DNA of 64,000 nucleotides from Marsupella aquatica. Its lineage: Eukaryota > Plantae > Marchantiophyta. This document shows positions 9,594-21,711 of the stretch, piece by piece. Within the stretch, counting starts at the first letter, position 1, and every line of letters starts with the position of its first letter. Location of the stretch: positions 16,953,651 to 17,017,650 of the forward strand of contig OZ316891.1 in the NCBI GenBank assembly GCA_973895155.1, read 5' to 3'. A model generated the notes under the pieces. It ran no database searches. It worked only from the letters and a program-made list of their open reading frames with translations, and was not told the origin of the DNA. The position numbers and the translations under genes are program-made.

Positions 9594-11828
9594 ATGGCGG
9601 AGACTGAGCTGACGACGCGACCAATACTCGCAGACATTCCATCGAATGCAGTGCATAGGCGGCAGTTGAAGACGGCTCTGGCAAAAATGGGCTTGAAGAA
9701 GCTGCTTCAACTTCCTTGGAAGATTTGCGAATTCAGCCTTATCGATCAAGGTGTCTGGGACGCTGAAGAAAGGATTGGTGTGCGCTCGCGTCCCAGTGTT
9801 TGGACTGAAGCGCTCATAGCGAAGGTCTATTCGACGCCGATGGAGGGCGAGGATTTACAGAGGGTTGATTGTGAGCCTCGGGTTTATGTAGAATCCTTCT
9901 TCGCTCCAGGATCCTTCAAGAGGCGGAATGGATGGCTAGCGGCGGACTGCTTAGATAATTCTCTGCAGCGTCTATTTCGATTTCTGGCACCAATTTTCTA
10001 CCCAGAAAGCCAGACGCGCATCACTCTTTCGTTCGCTGCAACGGTGATCTGTTCATTAGAACAGACGCAGTCTATCAATTGGACGAAGGTTTTGCACCGA
10101 GTAATTCATACTCAGGTCAAAAATTTTCGTAGCAGGCTGAAAACGGGGAAAATAAGGTGTACCTACTTGGCCCCTTATTTAGCTCACATTTACCATAAGT
10201 ATGACTGTCTGCTTGTCTTGGAAAAAGATTTTTATCGCAACAATCAGAGAGCATCTACCGGTGAAGCAAATTATATGCCTGAAGTACGAGAAGTCCGAGC
10301 CAATTCCACAGTGGTAGAGCTATGTGCAATACTCGACTGTGAGGAACCTGAACTGGTGGGTGAAGTTCGGAAATTGAAAGAGACAAGAGCATCAGCTGAA
10401 GGGAGTGACGATCCGATTCTTCACCAACCAAGAGAGGCTCAAGTTGCCGAAGATGTTCCTTCAGCAATGCCAACAGGGTTGGAGCATTCTATGTCACCTC
10501 GACTCTCGTGTTCACCTTGTGCTGCCGAGCCTATTTATGATGTTGATCAGGATAATTCTGCTTCTCGGATGAATGTTGAAGATGAGGTGAGGGTGGATGA
10601 AGAAGGTTTTTCAGGGGAACCTCTTCAACATTCTACTGCTGAGGACGAGTATGATGGATTTACTTCTACCCCTGTTTTGGTTCCCATAGAGGCAAATAGT
10701 GATGCTTTGCAGGCTTTACAGGAGTATGATTCGTCCGACTCTCTTAGTTCTAGCCCAAATATAGGTGAAATCCCTCTGGTCCAGGAGTCAGAAATATTAA
10801 GCTCAGCACCAGTTTCATTGGCTACAAACGAGGATAAAAACATTCGGGAGGAGTTTTCAGTGACGTATACTCGAAAATCTTGGAAACGGTTGCGCCATGC
10901 TATCAGTCGACAGATCTTTCCTGAAGCATCTTCCCAGGATTTTGAACAGGGAGAAGCACCTATCGGAACAGACGAGCTACCCCTTCCTGTACTTTTGACA
11001 GATCGAACTAACCAGGAAGTCTCTTTACCTAGCGATAATTTTAAAGAAGAACTTCCTGTTTTAGTACCAATGCATCCCATTGCAGATCAACCAGCTACTG
11101 TTGCAAGAGAAGAATTTGAACCACTGGAGCCCGAACCTTCTGCTCCTTCGTCTCCTGTTACATTGCCAATTCGACCAGTTAAGGAGTCAGTGATTCCTTC
11201 CGCTATGCCAGATGTAATTTTCCGTTGGATAGGAGCACCAAGTGATGGAGAAGAAGACGAAGACCCTCGCATTATCAGAGTACCTCCTCGACTTCGGCAT
11301 ACAGTGGATTTGCCACCCCGAAATCCTATCCCTAATTTGGCTTCAATTCACAGGTGGGAGAAGAAACATTTTCGAGTAGCTTTTCGACATCTGGAGATGG
11401 AGAGCATTTTGCAGCAGCAGCAGATTTTGCCAATGACATCCCATCCGAGGATTCGTAGTTTGATTCGCACATATGAACCTGGGAAGGCGGTTCCTCCCAT
11501 TGATAAGGACAGACGACATAAGTTTTCGGAGTTCGAAATTTGGTGTTGGGTGTATATGCTTCGACGAGCTCAAGCTCCATTTCCGCCCCTTGTGCCGGAA
11601 ATTCCATGGCCCTATCCATACTATGTTTGGGTTTGTCCTGGTGGGTTTGCTATTCCAATTAAATATGAGAAGAAGCTTGTTAAGCTAAGGGAGCAGTTGA
11701 TTACCAAACAATGTATGCTACCGGCTTCCCAAGGGTTCAAGTCGCTTAGGTGTTTAGCGTTCCTACCTATTATTCCTTCTTATCCGGATGTGATTATTCA
11801 AGGTGTTTTATCTAGGACACAGATTTGA
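9594..11828 (+). CDS. Extra (accessory) ORF of element A: N-terminal plant-mobile-domain/ATHILA-ORF-like region, acidic linker, Pro-rich C-terminus
   Basis: 744-aa intact ORF; motifs MGLKKLLQLPW, RPSVWT, NGW..DC, FLAPIFYPE, INW, YLAPYLAHIY are shared with ORFs at 38716-37913 and 51149-51780. Pfam assignment is inference. Confidence 0.85.
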   Translation: MAETELTTRPILADIPSNAVHRRQLKTALAKMGLKKLLQLPWKICEFSLIDQGVWDAEERIGVRSRPSVWTEALIAKVYSTPMEGEDLQRVDCEPRVYVESFFAPGSFKRRNGWLAADCLDNSLQRLFRFLAPIFYPESQTRITLSFAATVICSLEQTQSINWTKVLHRVIHTQVKNFRSRLKTGKIRCTYLAPYLAHIYHKYDCLLVLEKDFYRNNQRASTGEANYMPEVREVRANSTVVELCAILDCEEPELVGEVRKLKETRASAEGSDDPILHQPREAQVAEDVPSAMPTGLEHSMSPRLSCSPCAAEPIYDVDQDNSASRMNVEDEVRVDEEGFSGEPLQHSTAEDEYDGFTSTPVLVPIEANSDALQALQEYDSSDSLSSSPNIGEIPLVQESEILSSAPVSLATNEDKNIREEFSVTYTRKSWKRLRHAISRQIFPEASSQDFEQGEAPIGTDELPLPVLLTDRTNQEVSLPSDNFKEELPVLVPMHPIADQPATVAREEFEPLEPEPSAPSSPVTLPIRPVKESVIPSAMPDVIFRWIGAPSDGEEDEDPRIIRVPPRLRHTVDLPPRNPIPNLASIHRWEKKHFRVAFRHLEMESILQQQQILPMTSHPRIRSLIRTYEPGKAVPPIDKDRRHKFSEFEIWCWVYMLRRAQAPFPPLVPEIPWPYPYYVWVCPGGFAIPIKYEKKLVKLREQLITKQCMLPASQGFKSLRCLAFLPIIPSYPDVIIQGVLSRTQI

Positions 11829-11840
11829 AGGACACCATTT

Positions 11841-12317
11841 ATGAGAGATATCAAACGGTGTTGTCATTTATATGTATATAAGCCGTTACTTTTGCAGCAT
11901 CCTGCAATTGTTTCCTTCTTTCTCCTTCGAATTGATATTTATCTGCTCATGTGGGACATCAAAGCTACTATGGATTGTTGGAATTCTTTACCCCGTGCTT
12001 TCCAACATTCCTTTGAAGGCAAGATCAAACTGGGAGGACATGCTATTCAACACTTTGTTATTGATCCAGGCTCTCGAATTAATTTCCTCTCCCACAGACT
12101 GTGCCAGCAATTTGTTCATCAAGAAGTACAACCGATATCTGCTCAGATATCAATCGATGGACGAATCATTAATCTTTGGGGAAGAGTTAAAGGAGTCCCA
12201 ATACAGATCGGAGAAGAATTCCATGACCTCGATTTTTATATTCTGGATTCGGATATCTCCCAACTCCCGTCAATGATTTTGAGCACTACTTGGATTATTA
12301 AGCCAGAATATTATTAA
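11841..12317 (+). CDS. Second retropepsin-like (aspartic protease fold) ORF of element A
   Basis: GKIKLGGHAIQHFVIDPGSRINFLS...GRVKGVPIQIG...LDFYILD...MILSTTW parallels the element's own protease (VDGGASVNLI...LLGRPW). Confidence 0.7.
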   Translation: MRDIKRCCHLYVYKPLLLQHPAIVSFFLLRIDIYLLMWDIKATMDCWNSLPRAFQHSFEGKIKLGGHAIQHFVIDPGSRINFLSHRLCQQFVHQEVQPISAQISIDGRIINLWGRVKGVPIQIGEEFHDLDFYILDSDISQLPSMILSTTWIIKPEYY

Positions 12318-12376
12318 TGAAGAACATGTCACTCGCTTCTGATTCAATTCGGTCATGTCTTGTGGGGGCACGGCGA

Positions 12377-12394
12377 AATTTAAGTGGAGGGCTA
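12377..12394 (+). other. 3' polypurine tract of element A
   Basis: AATTTAAGTGGAGGGCTA abuts the TG of the 3' LTR. Confidence 0.9.
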
Positions 12395-13753
12395 TGTGGT
12401 ATGGGTGTCCCTGCAATTTTTTCTGGAAACTTGTTTATTTTTAGCATATCACAAGATTTACTTACACTTTAGACACCTTCCGGCCAACATTTACTTGTTC
12501 TGGACACTTATAGAAATATTTGACATCTCCGGCTTTCCTGACGATTCCTAGTGTACTTTGCCCGACGCTGTGACCAGCGCCCGTTTCTTTTACTCATGAC
12601 GCTTTTGGCAGTGCCCGACCGCCACCAAGACTCTATGAGGATTTCGACCGACGCTGTGGAAAGCGTCAGCTTCAACACACGACGCTGTGAGCAGCGTCCA
12701 CCCTAGTATTGACGCTGTGAGCAGTGTGAGCAGCGTCCGTTGGTTTTACTTAAGACGCTTCTAGCAGCGTCCAGATTCTCCCGACGCTTCTAGCAGCGTC
12801 CGCTCAACACTTAGTTTTTGAAGTAGATTACTAGTAAAGTAGTATTCTACCACCCTTGTTGAAGTACTTATGCTGTGCTTCTCCCTTGTTTAGTTTTAAG
12901 CTTGGAAAGGCACGACTGTTCTTACCTCCTCCATTTTAGGATTCCAGCACTTATAAGACAGAGTAGAATGCTCATTTGAAGTAGAGAGAAATAGAGTTAA
13001 TACTGTATTCAGAATTGAGTCTTCTGAATAGTTTTCTCCTCCTTCCATTGTAACAAGGCATGCTGTGAGTGTTTTGTATGGAAGTAAAGCTATATTGATT
13101 GAAGTTAAGATTGAATTCAAGAGATTCCTGTGGTGATTGAATTCAGTTGCAGATTTCTGAAACTCGTATTGAATTCACTGCTAGGCTTGCTTGCAGAGTC
13201 GGGATTCGCTAGCCAATTCAAGAATAGTTAATGATAAATGAGAAGTAAATTCTGATTCTCAGAGTAGTTAGTACTGTTGCTTTGATTCTGGAATATGGTT
13301 TAGAGTTTGACTGAATTGCGTATCGCTGATGTCAAACCATGTTGACGGCATTTTAAATCATATCATTCATTTGCAATCAGAAAGCTTCTGCTTCATCAGA
13401 TTGAGAATTCCATTATCATTAACCTTTGTGTTTTGAAGAGTGAGATGGATGAATTATGAGATAGATTTCATGTCTATACTGAGCCCAAATCCTTTCTGAA
13501 GGAGTGGCAGTAGCTTGTAGTCTCTAAATCCTTACTCATTTCTTCTCTAATTCATAAATCAGAAGTTCAGTTACTTTGTTGTTTGTTTATTCAATTTTTT
13601 TTATTGAGAAGTGAAGTCAACATAGAGCTCAAGACTCTAAATCACTCGGAGTGATAAAAGTTATACAATTCATTCTGAAATCTGTTCTTAAAGGGATCGA
13701 AACCCTGGTTTTAGGTGAGGAGAGTCACTTTTGATACTTAGCACTATACGACA
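12395..13753 (+). repeat. 3' LTR of element A (1359 bp)
   Basis: Direct repeat of 607-1965, followed by TSD TAACT. Confidence 0.97.
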
Positions 13754-14199
13754 TAACTTCTCTCTCTTCCCTTTCCCGTGTAATCCGAGTCTCCACGTAG
13801 TCACGGTAAGCAGCCTTGTATCTCCGAATGCGTGACGCACTAAACTCTGGTTGATCTAGCATCCATGCATCCCGAAATCAATTTCTCAATCACCAATCCC
13901 GTCACCCGTGGCAATGTCAATTCCCTGGCCCGAAACAGCCCCCGTAGCCCGATCACTTAAATTCTCTCAATTTCCCGTCACTACTCCGTGCGGCCGCCAC
14001 TAATGCCTGGAAGAATGACGCCAGCAAGCCCCACTAATCCACCATGAAAGAGAGAGCTTCAAAAATAATTAGAATCTGGAGAGAGCTTCCGGCAAGAGAG
14101 AGAAGAACCCCGTTTTTGCTTTCGGCAATGAGAGGGTCGTGCAAAAGGAAGAGGGAAAGAAAAAGGAAGGAAAAAAAATAGAACCGAAAAAACTCCTGG

Positions 14200-14450
14200 C
14201 GCCTTCGCCATGCGCCCCGGCCCATTTCTCGGGCCTTACCCTTGCGTCCTCCTGCGCGCGGCCCTATGCAGGGCGCGCGGCCATTCCTCCCGGCTCGCGG
14301 GAGGCCCTTCAACTCCCCCCCGCTCGCGTGATCCTCCCAGCTCGCGGGAGGCCCTTTAACTCCCCCCCCCCCGCTCGCTTGCGCTCCTTCAGCTCGCGGA
14401 GCCTCATTAATTGCCCGGGCACGCAGCCCTATGGGCTCGCGAGGCAGCCC
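14200..14450. repeat. GC-rich cluster of GCTCGCG(GGAGGCCC) motifs upstream of ORF D
   Basis: About six copies, e.g. GGCTCGCGGGAGGCCCTT, AGCTCGCGGGAGGCCCTT, GCTCGCGGAG, GGCTCGCGAGG. Confidence 0.6.
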
Positions 14451-14784
14451 CTCTTTCTCTCGGACGGCCACTAATGGGACTCGCCCTCCTGAGGAGGGAT
14501 TTATTTAAAAAAAAACCCCCCCCTCTCCTGACTTTGCAATGGGGGTCTCAACAATAGCTCTTGAAGCAAAACGGTAAGTCCTATGGGGCTGGTCCTGGCT
14601 AGTTTCAAGGTCCCAAAATATTTGCCCACTTAGGTCGCCGCAAATCTTAGAACTATTATGAGAGAAAGAATATAAAGTCACCTGGGGCATCATCAACCTA
14701 TAATGACGGAATTAACTAAAAATTAAAAAATGGCTTATTTACATTGACTATTAACAAGGTATCGGCCTTTGCAACCAGTTATGT

Positions 14785-15446
14785 GTGACTTCCCGTGACG
14801 GGGTACCCGTCACACTAGCGACATACATCGGGCAACAGGTTTTGGCGTACTTCCAACCAACCTTCTTCATGTTAGAGCACCAACCATGGATCGTAAGTCG
14901 CTTGCAGAAAGAACTCATGGCAAAGGGGAACGAGATTGGGCGCCTCCAAATACTAATAGAACACCTTGAGAAGGAGGCCACCACCCATTGTGAAGAGTTA
15001 GTCCGCATCGTCGAACAATGGGAAGGACTCACCCAAGAGTTGGGCGCGGTGCAAGCAGATCTCAAGAAGCTGGACAACATTGTGCTTCAGCTGCGCTCAG
15101 AGTCCTCGGCTCGGGTTACCAACCTCACCGACCTCAACAAACAATTCCTGCAGGCAACTCATCAGGTGGCTAGTCTCTCCACCGAGCAAGATAAATTGTT
15201 GGTGCAGGACCAGACCATTGTGACTCCATCGATCAGCTCAGCCTAGAGGTAGCACGGCTCCAGACCGAGGCCGACAAAGCCGCAAACAAGATAGAGGAGG
15301 CGGTACGAGATAACAAGGCCTTGCAAGAGCGCATTACCCTGCTTGTAAGTCAGCGGAATGGACCTGGACCCACCTTTGATCAAGGCGGCTTGAGGTCTCG
15401 TCCTGACAAGAGGACAAACCCTAGACCGACGGCAGCTCGCACGTAA
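14785..15446 (+). pseudogene. 3' part of a coiled-coil accessory ORF, probably in the LTR of gypsy element 'E' (host of B)
   Basis: Heptad-rich ORF 14785-15246 continues after a frameshift (LEVARLQTEADKAANKIEE...) to TAA at 15446. Host sequence resumes at 40260 after element B. Confidence 0.5.
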
Positions 15447-15823
15447 GGGGTGGTTAGCGGAGGGAGCGGGCAGGCGCCGCTCATTATGGTTGGGTCAGCG
15501 GCATCTTTTTTTCATTAGGCTTAACGACAGAATAGTTGTCATTAGGCGCCAATTAGTGGCGCAGTAGGAAGGATTAGGACAAGATCAGTTAGGATCATCC
15601 GGCGTAGGATGGAGTCCATCAACGGACTAGAATTCTGGTCAATAGACTTAGCTACTGACACCCCGGTCAGCGCCCCCACCACTGACGGTCAACCGGTCAG
15701 AGAAGATGTGGTCGACTAGTCATAAGGTAGTTAGTCAGTAGGCATTACCCTGGAAGGTAGTATCTTCCGGTTCCTTTCCGCAAGCGTAGTATTTAGGCTT
15801 CCCCTTCCGTTGTGGAGGGGGAG

Positions 15824-18800
15824 TGTGGTGCGTCCCATGGCTCCCTAAACCCAAGAAACCCCCCTGCACAAGCCAATTCCTGCAGGTTTTGCTCTCGACG
15901 AGGCCGGTTTCGCAGCTTAGCGGCATGGGACGCTGCTAACTCTGTACTAACATTTTACACACATCTACTGGACAGATCCTCCATCGGGTCATGAGATACG
16001 TAGTTGGCCTATTCTATGCCTTCCCTTGTCTTCCTCTCGTGGTCTTCCTTTAGGTATGTTTGGATTCTGCCGCTGAAATGATCCCCAACTGGCTTGGGTA
16101 AGCCGCTAAGACCTCTCTCAGCTCGACACATCCAACTCTTACTACCTTGCTTACTCCCTTCTCTTGGTTGATGTGGGCAATCTTCAAACAAGTTAATGCG
16201 ACACACAAATAGCAAAATGACTCCTTCTGACTGAGTTATACCATGCACTTGTCATACAAACAATACTTCTCATACACACGATCTACAAACTAAGCTGTGA
16301 GGCCAACTCTGTTCATCTCTTAGGCATGAGGAAACATGAATATACACAAGGGTCACAGTATAACTAACCGAGAGCTTCTTTGACTACTTGATCCCAGCCC
16401 TGTTGGTGCACTAAAAACTTGCTAATGAAGAAGGCCCTGAGCTCCCTACTGCCCAGGTACTTATCTTGGCAATGGATCCGTCTAATTCCTCACAGCGTAA
16501 GCCTAATCTATCCTAATTGTAATCTACCTATGTACAGTGAGACAGGAGCACAAGTGTTGCTCTTACTAGTGGATCCGCAATCCCACTAATCTAAGTGTCA
16601 GGGCTGCCTCTTGGTCCTGATCCTAATTCTAAACTTGGAGATTTGAGCCCGCCCTGCCCACTCACGCCTCCTCCCTCCACGTCCTCCCTCCTTAAAAGGA
16701 GCGGCCCCCACCACCGTCATGGTAGCGGTGGCTGATCCTCAATGGACGCCCCCAATGCTTCCTCCGCAGCCACTGCCGTAGGTCCATCCTTTGACAGATT
16801 ATTTGCCCCGGACCAAGTCAACTCTCCATCGGCCTGACTGGGTCCACCCTTGGCTTCGGCCTTAGCATCGGCCAGGGCCTCCGATATGGCTACGGCCTCC
16901 CTGGCCTGCTCTAGTGGTGGATCTGGTACACCGGCTTCATCACTGTTTGTTCCAGCTTTAGCCTTGCCATCCCCGCCTTCTAGGACGGTTAGATCCTCTG
17001 TCATGACCCTGCCTGAGGTTGGTGCCGGGTTTACCTCCTTGGTTACAATGACTTGAGAAGCCGCATTACTCCTTGACCCAAAAGGTTTCCGCTTCTTCTT
17101 TTTCCCTATTTTGGCAGCTAGTCCATTCCCCTTGCCACTTACTTTCGACACCGGTGTGAGTGTCGCGGCTTGTCCTTTGGCCAGTACTACCCCTGGCAAC
17201 TTGGTTGCCCCAATTGGAGTTGGAATTGATGAAGCCAAGCACTTAAATATTGCGGCTTGTTTCTTCAGCCGCTCCGTTTGGTTGTCGGCTCGCCGCTGTA
17301 ACTTCTCCATCTTCCTCGTGCTTTCTTCCAACTCCTCCTGCGTTTCGTCCAGGTCCTTGCGCGCCTCCTCCAACTCCTTCTGGGCTTCCTCCAATCCCTT
17401 CTTTAAGGTAGCCCTCTCATCCTAGGTTGCTCTTAGCTCCTTGTCGAGCTTCATTATGACCTCAGACTCCATTTTGTTCATCTTGGCATAAGTCTGATCA
17501 AGCTGGTCGTCTTTCTCACGCAGGTTGGCCTTGAAGCTGGCCGTCAGGGATGCAAGCTCCTACTGCAGCACAATAATCCCTTGATAGGATTTCCCTAACT
17601 TGGCCTCCTACTCAAGAGCTCCGCGGATATCCTCGAGCTCCCCCTTCAATGCCCTCTCCTTCCTCTGGGTCTCCGCCATGGCCCAATTGTTGGTTGCTAT
17701 GTGGGCCTCCTCTGCGTCCCTCAGCTCTCCCTTCCCTTGATTGCATTGGCCAACTCCCCTTGGATCCAAGTCAGTTTATCCTTGATAATTTGATTATCAA
17801 ACTGAGCGGTATCTAGTTGCCCCTACATGATGTTTAGCTCATGCCGCTTAATCTGCAGCTCATCTTGGGCTTTCTTGGCCGCCTTTAGGTCCTCTATCTT
17901 GGCTTCCTTCTCTCTAAGCCATCGAATGACCTTGTCCTTCTTTCTTCTCTCCAAAACCACCGCTTCTTCCAATCGGCGTTTTTCCAACATCTGCCTCTGG
18001 AAAAAGGGTCCCTGCTCCAACTCCTCCCCAAAGATGCTGAGCGCAAGTTCCCCACACATCTCCCCATACTCCATGGCTCTTTCTCAAGCATAGGTGGAGT
18101 GAGTAGTAGTCATCGGCATCAACCACCGCAGCCTTTGTTCCCAAGCCGCCTTTCGGATTTCTTCTATCGTGGCTGGAGGGCTGCTTCATTTTTCTGCAAG
18201 CCGCCGGATGTCCTCTGGCCATTCTCCCCCAGGTAAATCCTTCTCCCTAGCCAGGGCTGCCTCCTCTTCTTCCCTAAGTCGGTCCTGAAACTGCTGTGCC
18301 GTCTGATTTATTCCCAAAGCTTGGGGGAGCGACATCTGGTGGGGGAGACTTGAGGCTACTCTGCTGGGTATGGTCCCCTCGAACTACTCTTGGAAGCATG
18401 GGGATGAAGCGGCCACAAGTCCTTATTCCTGGGACATGATGGTCCAACCCGTAGCCGCAGTCATCTTTGCCGTAGTCCTCCACCACCTCCTCCCCGGCTT
18501 GGACTACCAACTCCCCCCGTTGCTCTCCTTGTCTTCCTAGGAACACGGCCTCTTGCCGATCATAACTCACAGGTCCTAGTTCCTCCTCCGGCTTCTAGGC
18601 TGTCTTCTCCCTCTGTTTACTGCAAACAGGAGCTTTAGGCTGCTCTCCCTCGGCTTTGGGACTCAAGGCTCCTACATACATTTGAACCCCCATCTTGTGT
18701 TCCGGCCTCCTTCTTTCCTTGGCTCCGGTAAAGGGGTTTTCCCTCATGAGTCGGCTTAGGCCAAATTATGGGGCAGTGTCCTGTACTGGTGTCGTTGCCG

Positions 18801-20520
18801 TCCTCTTTTCCTTCTCCAACAATTTCAGCAGATTCTGCATGCCTGGTTACTGCATCGACAAGTCTTCCACCCTCGGCCTAAACACCTGCTCGATTGTAGG
18901 ACTGTTGGGCTGGTTGGGTTTCTTTGCTGTCGGCCTTTGTTCCAAAACCTCCTCTGGTGCCCTTGCCCGTAGGGAAAGTATCGGGGCAAAGATCTGACTC
19001 CGGGCATACCGACACAACAGCGGCATGTGATAGCGAAGCTGGGACACGCTTCCCTTGCCGATCACCCGCTATTCCTCCTTCAAGATCTTCTTCAGTTGGG
19101 TGAGGAGGTACCCGTTGTAGTCCCGGCTTGGGTCTGGCCTATCCGCCAGGTAGACCTGTGCCTTGCCGATCTCTGGCCTCGGTAAGTTGCAATGCATGTT
19201 ACCCGTAAGAAATTGATCATCTCTCCAATGTGCGGGTTGGTGCAGGTGTTCCGGAAGAAGCCATTGTTTGTTGATGGTCCTGGGAACGACCGGAACTCCT
19301 TGTCAAGCAAGGTCTTCCTGGTATCTACTTTGGTCTTATTGCCCATTGGCAAGCCAAACGCTTCGGCAATCACCCGGGGAGTGAGATAGAAATCCTTCCC
19401 ATACACCCTTGTGGAATTGGTCTCGGGCTCCCATGATCCCACAAATTCTAATAAGTTTGATTCTATTCTCCGGCTTCAGCCATGGTAATTTCACGAAGGC
19501 TTCCAAGCCGGATCCGGCCATGAAGCCCTGGTACTTTCGAGTCTGCATAGCCGTAAAGCATGCATCCTCTTCATGTGCAAAGTGTAATTGCACTTCCTCG
19601 GGGGAGGGTTGCCGCCCAGCCTTTCTAGATTTCATCCCTTGTTGGAACGGCATTGATGGGGTCGACCTCCTCTTCTTTGGCTTCTTCCTGCCTCCTGCTT
19701 CCCTGTTCAGCTGGCTTCCTTGGAGCCTCCAACCTCATTCTCTTTGCAGGGGTGGCCTCTTTGTTGTTGTTCCCTTTCCTCTTCATAGCGGCTGCCGTGG
19801 ATGTTTCTCCGAGCACGGTTACCTTTGTCCACCCCTCCGTGCTACCCTTCAACTCCCAGTGTATATCATTGTAGCGGTTGATGGCTTCCCGGATGCCGAC
19901 AATTCTATTCTTGCAAAATAGAAGGTCGTCTAGCTCGTCGCCAGTAGGTATCCACAGGAATTCAGCCTTGATGAGTTCTCCTCCTAAGAAGGTAGACTTT
20001 TGCAGCTCCCACAATTGAGCGAGCTCCCGCCGTTCTTGAGCTGCTCTTTCTGATTCTTTGTCCTCGTAGGTCCTAATGTACTACTCAGTTGCCCGTTCGA
20101 ACAGGCATCCCCAAAAATGAGTAACTTGATTGACGTTGCTCATACCCTTCTTGAGTTGATAGTCGGTATCTACTCCCACCCAGAGTGCTTGCCTAAGCAG
20201 CTGACAGTAGTTGGTTTCACATAGTCGTCTGCTTAGTTCGTGCTTGCAAATGAGCCACCATTCCTTGCGATCGGTCCTTACCCCCCTCCTGCCTAGTCTT
20301 CCTTCCCGTTGGTTACCCATAGCCGCCGACGCTTAGCGTGCCCTAACCCTAATCGTGTTCCCTCCCCCGGCGTCCTTACTTCCAGCCTCGGCTCAGGTTC
20401 CATAGTCACCCTTAATTATTTATATTTTCCTTGTTTTTGTTACTATACTAATGTGTTTCCAGGGTACACTCCTGATTTTACCATTTAAACTGGCCTAGTG
20501 ATTCCTGGCTAGGCATCACA
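15824..20520 (-). repeat. 3' LTR of element B (4697 bp)
   Basis: On the minus strand starts TGTGATGCCTAG immediately after the PPT and ends GGACGCACCACA at the TSD; colinear with the solo copy 33290-37912. Confidence 0.92.
16717..20403 (-). pseudogene. Decayed LTR-encoded ORF of family B
   Basis: ORF fragments (19625-20014, 19336-19653, 19092-19442, 17823-18074, 16717-17394) align in order to the near-intact copy at 34207-37797. Confidence 0.88.
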
Positions 20521-20537
20521 TAGCTCCCCACTTAATT
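20521..20537 (-). other. Polypurine tract of element B
   Basis: CAATTAAGTGGGGAGCTA|TG on the minus strand; close to the PPT of element A. Confidence 0.88.
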
Positions 20538-20776
20538 GCGAAGCGTCCTTGCGAACAACTTCATCTTTGTCCATATAGTATTTCTTGAGGTGGTCGTAGT
20601 GAATGCGAACTGGGTACACCTCTCCAGTAATGTTGGCCAATTGTACGGAGCCATTGGAGAACTTCATGGTTACCCTAAAGTGTCCTAATCAGCGAGTGTA
20701 AAGTTTACCTGGAAACCTGCTATACCTACTGTCATAAAGCAATACAAGATCTCTTGTGTGAATACTAATTGGTTTC

Positions 20777-20913
20777 TGTTCAACTTCGTAACAATCATCA
20801 CACTCTTTACTCCTTCCTATCCTCTTATACATGGGTGGTTACTAAGGCGGTTAATAGTGTAACTGCCTTAGTCCTAACCCTTTTGGGTAGACCTAGTCTA
20901 AGGAGTTATAACA
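20777..20913 (-). repeat. Copia 3' LTR (137 bp)
   Basis: TGTTCAAC...TTATAACA; identical to 26601-26737. Confidence 0.95.
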
Positions 20914-21711
20914 CTCCCCCTTGGATGCGACTTTTATGTCTAGAAAAGATGCAGACATCCATGGTCTACCTAAAGTAATAATTGAATTATTTGATTGGTC
21001 TATAGTAGTATCTGATGGGGTATTGTGGTAGGGGTGTAGCCTCATTAAAACCTCCCCTTCTTACTGATGGGAGGAAAGAGTGTTACCACCCCTCCATTAT
21101 AGGTTAAGAGTAAGGGGAGTATTGTGGGTTCGTATACCCATTTATTTGTGGTAATGTTTGTGCAACACTAATTCATATGAAAGTGCCTTCGTAAAAAGAA
21201 TGAGTTGTTGTCATCCTGTGGAACAGTCGATGTTGTGTGTATGGAACGGGAGATTAGGTTTTTGGTTCGCACAGACTGTCTTCGACGTGTGAGCTCGCGG
21301 TCGTTAGTTACTGGAAAATGAAGCGAAGTGTAGTGTCCTCCTGCTTGAAGTGTTTTATGTGTAAGGGTCAGTGATCGGGATTCCTGAGCTGCTCTGTAGT
21401 CGTGCTCAATGCTTTAGTATGCACGAAGTGTTGGGAGATCAGGTCGGTGCGCAAGTGTTGATCAGTGAACTCGGATGCACTGTGGCATCGATGGTTGAAG
21501 GATGACAGACAGTAGTTAGCGCATTGTGGTTTGTGCTCTGCTGGTGCTGTTGTTGGTGTTCAGCTGCGTTCACTCGTTCGAGTTCCGGTTGGCTGTGGAT
21601 GCAGCCTCATGTGTTCGGTGAAGTGTCGTCGAGTGGGGTCGTGCGGAGCTCTTTGTTGGTTGTTCTCTGTTCGTCCTTGTTGTCTGCTTTCGGTAAGATT
21701 GTTCCTCCCCC

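Larger units (their letters stand above)
607..13753 (+). mobile_element. Intact non-chromoviral (Athila/Phygy-like) Ty3/gypsy LTR retrotransposon 'A'
   Basis: TG...CA termini; TSD TAACT at 602-606 and 13754-13758; two 1359-bp LTRs; PBS; PPT; gag-PR-RT-RH-INT order; integrase ends after the GPY motif with no chromodomain. Confidence 0.97.

Noticed and set aside
9594-11828. Extra ORF as a retroviral env gene
   Set aside because: No signal peptide or convincing transmembrane segment seen; the protein is acidic and Pro-rich.
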